Part shown: positions 5,964-10,540 of the stretch, piece by piece | How positions within the stretch are numbered: position 1 is the first letter of the stretch | How the letters are laid out: each line of letters starts with the position of its first letter | Origin: Fibrobacterales bacterium | GTDB lineage: Bacteria > Fibrobacterota > Fibrobacteria > Fibrobacterales > JAOPTW01 | NCBI GenBank assembly: GCA_051532035.1 | Contig: JAOPTW010000061.1 | Location: 1-10,540 of the forward strand | Length of the DNA: 10,540 nucleotides | Reading direction: 5' to 3' | The notes under the pieces: generated by a model | Told to the model about the DNA's origin: nothing | Databases searched by the model: none | Seen by the model: the letters and a program-made list of their open reading frames with translations, nothing else | Translations under genes and position numbers: made by a program

Positions 5964-7991
5964 TTATGATAGAACATTGCGAATTTTTTCTGCCAGCTCA
6001 TCATTACGAAACGGCTTCATTAAAAATCCTTTAATACCACTTTGTATAGCGCTTTTTTCATCAATCATCTTTCCATAACCTGTACAAAGCACAACGGGAA
6101 CATCTCTTTTTATATCTTGTACTTTTTTGGACAATTCAAGTCCTGTGAGTATCGGCATAGTCTGATCGGTAATTATAAGGTCGAATGCCGATGGGTCAGC
6201 TTTAAATGCATCAAATGCTTTTGTACTCTCATTAAAAACAGTAACCCTATACCCTAGATCCAAAAGTTGTTCGGCAAAAACTTCGCCTAATATTTCTTCA
6301 TCATCGACCAAAAGAATATGCTCGTTTCCACCTTCAACGACACCAACTGTTTCGTCATCGTGTACAACACTCTGTTCAGTTGCAGGTAAATAAATCTCAA
6401 ATATCGAACCGTTGCCTAGTGTTGAGGTGACAATGATATTACCTTCAAAGCTTTGCACGATGCCAAAAACTACGGAGAGGCCCATGCCAGTCCCTTCACC
6501 AACTTCTTTGGTTGTAAAGAACGGCTCAAATATGGATTTGAGAACTTCGTCAGTCATACCACACCCAGTATCTTTCACCATTATTACAGAGTATTGACCT
6601 GGTACAATCTTTCCAAAACGCCCTTCAAACTCCTGACTCACCTCTCTATTAGTGCACGACATTTCCAACGCACCCTTATTGTCCATTGCATAAGCTGCAT
6701 TTATACAGAGGTTGAATACTATTTCGTGAATTTTTACGGGGTCAGCAAGAACAGGGTAGGAGTCTTCATCGCAGTGACACTTAAACTCAATTGATGAGGG
6801 CAAGCTTGCCTTTAGCATTACAAGAGTTTCCTCGATAATCGGCGGTAATGTTAATGCTACTTTCGCCTCTTGAATTTGCCTACTAAATGCGAGAATTTGT
6901 GAGACAAGCCCCTTTGCACGATCTCCTGCTTTAAGAATCTGTCCACTGTATTTCTCAATAGTACTACCCGGTTCAGATTTACTCAAAATAAGATCACTAT
7001 ACCCGATAATTGCACCAAGGATATTATTAAAATCATGGGCGACACCTCCGGCAAGCTGACCAACAGCCTCCATCTTCTCAGTAGTAAAGAGACGGTTCTC
7101 CATTTTTTTACGTTCAGTTACGTCAGAGGAGATACCAATAAAACGAAGGGGTGCCCCATTTTCATTTCTATACAACTTGGCCTTGGCTTCCACCCACGCT
7201 CGTTGCCCATCCGGCTTCTCTATTTCATACTCCAAAAAAAGCACATCCGACTGCTTTGACGTCGCAATAAACGCTTCGGTCTGTTGTGCTACAGGCTCGC
7301 GAAACTCAGGAGTTAATAATGTAATAAAATCATCAAAAGTCCCTCCAAACTCCTCAGCAGTTACGCCAAAAATACTGAGTACTTCATCAGACCAGGTTAC
7401 GGTATCACTTATGATATCCCACTCCAAAATTCCCATGTTGGCCGATTTCATTGCCAACTGGAGCTGTTCATTCATTTTCTGCAGTTGATTCTCAATTTTT
7501 TTTGCTTCAGTAATATCTTGAAACACCCCAACAACAAGTTGGTCACCGTTGGCATCGGTCTGAACATTACCCATTGCCCGCACTGCTACGTTATTACCCT
7601 TTTGAGTGATGATTCCAAGTTCAACATCAAAGGACTCTCCCCGCTCAATGGCGTCAGAAACTGCCTTTTGAATGATATCTTTTGACTCCGTATCATAAAA
7701 GTTAATAGCCTCTTCAACAGTAGGCAGATAACCCCTCTCTACTTCATGAATGCGATATACTTCATTAGTCCATGTAAGAGAATTAGAACTCAGGTTAATG
7801 CTCCAACCGCCAACCTTTGCGATTTCTCCCGTTTTGTTCAGTAATATTTCATTTGCTTCAATACGTGCATGTGCCGCTACAAGTTCACTATTCTTTAACT
7901 GAATGGTCTCGCTCGAATGTTGAAACTTCTCATTGGCGGCTTTAAGTTCAGTAATTAACTGGTCTTTTGATTTTTCTTCAAATGAATGCAT
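5964..7991 (-). CDS. Cytoplasmic hybrid sensor histidine kinase (coiled coil, PAS, PAS, HisKA, HATPase, REC), CckA-like architecture, 675 aa
   Basis: Two PAS/PAC domains ending in GVFQDITE and GISSDVTE. H-box AGGVAHDFNNIL, N-box NLCINA, G1 DTGCGM, F-box FEPFFTTK, G2 GTGMGL. Receiver motifs ILLVDDE, IITDQTMP and FLMKP. No transmembrane segment seen. Start placed at ATG 7991 (preceded by AAGGG) because the ATG at 8039 falls inside the -10 box. Confidence 0.95.
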   Translation of the reverse strand: MHSFEEKSKDQLITELKAANEKFQHSSETIQLKNSELVAAHARIEANEILLNKTGEIAKVGGWSINLSSNSLTWTNEVYRIHEVERGYLPTVEEAINFYDTESKDIIQKAVSDAIERGESFDVELGIITQKGNNVAVRAMGNVQTDANGDQLVVGVFQDITEAKKIENQLQKMNEQLQLAMKSANMGILEWDIISDTVTWSDEVLSIFGVTAEEFGGTFDDFITLLTPEFREPVAQQTEAFIATSKQSDVLFLEYEIEKPDGQRAWVEAKAKLYRNENGAPLRFIGISSDVTERKKMENRLFTTEKMEAVGQLAGGVAHDFNNILGAIIGYSDLILSKSEPGSTIEKYSGQILKAGDRAKGLVSQILAFSRQIQEAKVALTLPPIIEETLVMLKASLPSSIEFKCHCDEDSYPVLADPVKIHEIVFNLCINAAYAMDNKGALEMSCTNREVSQEFEGRFGKIVPGQYSVIMVKDTGCGMTDEVLKSIFEPFFTTKEVGEGTGMGLSVVFGIVQSFEGNIIVTSTLGNGSIFEIYLPATEQSVVHDDETVGVVEGGNEHILLVDDEEILGEVFAEQLLDLGYRVTVFNESTKAFDAFKADPSAFDLIITDQTMPILTGLELSKKVQDIKRDVPVVLCTGYGKMIDEKSAIQSGIKGFLMKPFRNDELAEKIRNVLS

Positions 7992-8034
7992 TACAAAGCC
8001 CTTGCTTACATTTTGCTCGAATGGTACACCTCTA

Positions 8035-8063
8035 ATCATAGCATAAGCCGCTCATTTATGCAA
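8035..8063 (-). promoter_or_regulatory. Sigma70-type promoter of the hybrid kinase gene
   Basis: Minus strand TTGCAT-N17-TATGAT with an extended -10 (TGcTATGAT) and a T-tract upstream of the -35. An inverted repeat GCATAA-N9-TTATGC (8041-8061) overlaps the spacer and the -35. Confidence 0.7.
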
Positions 8064-8179
8064 AAAAAAGAGTACTTTAGCTGCGTTATCACCCTTTTAC
8101 TCCCACAAGTAATCATATAATACATTGGAGCCTATTGTAGTAGAATAAACCACTCAACACTCTCTTTATTCTTTAGCTT

Positions 8180-9814
8180 TTAAGGCTCGCCAATGTACTC
8201 AATCATCTGTTGGGAATATCGTTTAATATTTGATTCGATCTGCTCATATCTCAGTAACCAATCACTCTCAGATGGAGCCCCGTATACTCCCTTGGGAAGC
8301 CATGGCCTAATATCCCCCAAAGTAGCATTGAGTTCTCTAGTAACGGGACTCAATTGGCTTTTCCACTGAACCACATTCTCATTTATAGAGGGATATACAT
8401 CATCACGGAATGTCATAACCGCCTGGCGGTACTCTGTTTCAAACAAAGAGAATCCCTTCAGCAATTTATTGAGGTACTCAGGTTGAGGATCTCCCGCACG
8501 TGGGATTACCGTCTGATCAACACCGGGCCATGGTTCACCCTCATGCAATGTATGATCCATATCCCAGGGAATAAGGGTAAACTTTTTACGATCCAGATCT
8601 TCATAGAAATAATAGTTCTTCAACCCTTCCGGACTCCACGGACCATCATAGTGCCAAATTAACCGATTAACCATCATATGAGCAATAATTTCATCAATAT
8701 CCATCCATTGCTTAATCACCTCTTTTATAGAATTCTCATCCGCAGCAATTATATCTTCTGCAAATTCTTCCATAAGGGCCACCGAAGGATTTTCATCTTC
8801 ATTTGTCTTCAGGGCGTTTAGATATTCCTGAGCAGTGTGAGGTTGATCATCTGAATCGATAGGCAAAATTTCTTTATAGAGATTACCTTTGCCATTATCA
8901 AAATTGGCCCTTGTAAAACGCCCATCTATCTGTTCAACGAGAGCATACAGCCCGTTATCTTCACCATTTATCTGCACTTTTGCATGAACTGAACGAGGAG
9001 CCTTAACACCCATAGCCCTGAAAAGCCAGTATCCGAGACGTTCCCTGACTTGAGACCGGTCACCATTCATACTATGAAACTGCAACTTTTTAAGTTCATG
9101 AAATCTCCTATCCGGATCAGAACTGGTATTAAACTTTATTTTCAATGAAAGCTTTTGACATGTTCGATGCCCCTCTACAATAAATTCTCCTGCAACGATA
9201 CCCAAGCCACTTAAACAGTGCTCTGCATATGATGTCCACCATGCACCCAAATTGCCTTTATATCGTACTGCAACATTATCATACCGCTCTCCTTCAACTT
9301 CAAGAGAACCTGAATAGTAAATCTCTGCGGATGGATCGGCGTCCATAGCAGCCAAGTCAGTAGAGTCAATAATTATATTATATACACGCAACTCATCTTG
9401 ATCAAAGACATGATCTATTTCGGTATTCATGCGATCACGGCGTTCTGTCGCGGTTTCTTCATCACTGCTAATGTCTTGGGTATCGACAGAGGATAGCCTT
9501 GCAGAAGATACTTCATCAGACGAATCAAATAGAATAGTTGAGGAGCTTGATAGTGCCCCATCTGAGCTTACGGTGTTACTACTGCTTTGTAGAGGCGCGG
9601 TAGCAGACAACTCCTCTCCTCCATTTAAAAGGGAACTACTGCTTTGTGCTTCGCTACACTCTGAGTCCTCAACTGACATACCCGAAGAAGAGCTCTCGTC
9701 GTCAGCAGTTGTATCAGCCTGCACTGTATCAGCGCAGGCTGCAAGAAAAATTATCAGCCCTAGAACAATGGTAAAGAGCATTCGAGTAGGATTGCGGAAA
9801 AGTATCTGTATCAT
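8180..9814 (-). CDS. CotH kinase family lipoprotein, 544 aa
   Basis: Lipobox FLAA|C27, then a ~90-aa Ser/Asp/Glu-rich linker, then CotH motifs: VAVRYKGN, SLKIKF, RERLGYWLFRAMGVKAPR, VQINGEDNGLYALVEQID, GNLYK, KNYYFY and LIPWDMD. RBS AGGTGA 6 nt before the ATG. Confidence 0.9.
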   Translation of the reverse strand: MIQILFRNPTRMLFTIVLGLIIFLAACADTVQADTTADDESSSSGMSVEDSECSEAQSSSSLLNGGEELSATAPLQSSSNTVSSDGALSSSSTILFDSSDEVSSARLSSVDTQDISSDEETATERRDRMNTEIDHVFDQDELRVYNIIIDSTDLAAMDADPSAEIYYSGSLEVEGERYDNVAVRYKGNLGAWWTSYAEHCLSGLGIVAGEFIVEGHRTCQKLSLKIKFNTSSDPDRRFHELKKLQFHSMNGDRSQVRERLGYWLFRAMGVKAPRSVHAKVQINGEDNGLYALVEQIDGRFTRANFDNGKGNLYKEILPIDSDDQPHTAQEYLNALKTNEDENPSVALMEEFAEDIIAADENSIKEVIKQWMDIDEIIAHMMVNRLIWHYDGPWSPEGLKNYYFYEDLDRKKFTLIPWDMDHTLHEGEPWPGVDQTVIPRAGDPQPEYLNKLLKGFSLFETEYRQAVMTFRDDVYPSINENVVQWKSQLSPVTRELNATLGDIRPWLPKGVYGAPSESDWLLRYEQIESNIKRYSQQMIEYIGEP

Positions 9815-9946
9815 AAATAGTCACCTATTGTTTACTGATGTATAGAGGCACCCATATATAATATCCTCATAGTTCAGAGTCCAAACATAAAATTAGCACA
9901 ACAGATTCTCAAGTAAAGTTTCAACATACAACCAAGGAATAGAAAT

Positions 9947-9972
9947 AGAGAAACAGAAGCCTCTGTCCCCCT
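9947..9972 (-). other. 11-bp minus-strand hairpin followed by a U-rich run, upstream of the CotH gene (terminator- or attenuator-like)
   Basis: Minus strand AGGGGGACAGA-GGCT-TCTGTTTCTCT (three G·U pairs) followed by ATTTCTATT. Confidence 0.35.
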
Positions 9973-10089
9973 CTTTTTATCCCTTATATACCTCAAAAAC
10001 GTCCTCTCCCACTCTAAAAAACATATATTACCAGCGACCTCACACACACACTGGGACACAGGTGAGGCATACAAAAAGTACGATACTCT

Positions 10090-10540
10090 ATGAAAAAAAC
10101 AATTGCGCTACTCCTTACCCTAGGAGCACTTTCTCTTTGGTTTCCTATAATCAAAGAATCCCTTGAATCTCGGCACCATTGGAGTAAAAAGCTTGAGAAA
10201 CGGAGACACAAAGCCTCTTTTGCCAAATGGCGCAACGACTTCGAAGTTGCCGCTCCGGGAACAAATATCGACTCTATTGATGCTGCACTCCGCACAGAGC
10301 GGTTCTTACGCCAGCAACCCAATAGGAGTGAAAAGCCGATACCTGCCCCTGCCCCTGGAGACCATTCCCGCATAGCCGATGGTATGGTATCTGGTTACTG
10401 GGTAGAAAAAGGTCCAAATTCGGTTGCAGGGCGCATTAACGGTCTCGATAAAGATCATACAACCGGTACCCTCTATGCAACTTCTGACGGGGGAATCGTT
10501 TGGAAAAAAACTCCCACAGAATCTGATTGGGAGGCGCTGA
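10090..10540 (+). CDS. Partial (runs off the window) exported beta-propeller protein, BNR/Asp-box or WD40/YVTN-like (GH74/VPS10/Ycf48-like fold)
   Basis: Not in the ORF track because it has no stop in the window. ATG 10090 opens 150 codons: MKKTIALLLTLGALSLWFPII (signal peptide or anchor)...GYWVEKGPNSVAGRINGLDKDHTTGTLYATSDGGIVWKKTPTESDWEAL. The WxxxGP...GR...LY...GGxxWK...W pattern is typical of the first blade of these propellers. Confidence 0.8.
   Translation, partial: MKKTIALLLTLGALSLWFPIIKESLESRHHWSKKLEKRRHKASFAKWRNDFEVAAPGTNIDSIDAALRTERFLRQQPNRSEKPIPAPAPGDHSRIADGMVSGYWVEKGPNSVAGRINGLDKDHTTGTLYATSDGGIVWKKTPTESDWEAL

Noticed and set aside
96..10375. Short ORFs in the track that overlap the main genes (e.g. 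96..377, 488..685, 2173..2376, 6453..6794, 7177..7488, 8354..8662, 9429..9845, 10014..10373, 10163..10375) and 9874..10074
   Set aside because: These are alternative-frame or antisense shadows of well-supported CDSs, or lie in a promoter region, and show no recognisable motifs.

Overview
AT-rich bacterial accessory region. The Ser-rich lipoprotein linkers and a T9SS-like C-terminal sorting domain suggest an FCB-group organism, possibly Fibrobacterota (inference). From left to right: (1) a probable IS3-family terminal inverted repeat (9-33) abutting a 5'-truncated, Ser-rich, 8-Cys surface protein gene (35-943, +); (2) a ~440-nt intergenic stretch tiled with about a dozen hairpins whose non-Watson-Crick pairs are mostly G·U on the minus strand, a candidate structured ncRNA or non-autonomous element, followed by an A-rich tract; (3) an orphan B12-binding radical SAM enzyme (-); (4) a secreted 802-aa protein with a YetA/PcRGLX-like N-terminus and a T9SS-like CTD (+); (5) a cytoplasmic PAS-PAS hybrid histidine kinase with a near-consensus sigma70 promoter that corrects its start codon (-); (6) a CotH-kinase-family lipoprotein (-); (7) the 5' part of a secreted beta-propeller protein missing from the ORF track (+). 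No rRNA, tRNA or CRISPR array was seen. All family assignments come from motif recognition by eye, not database searches.
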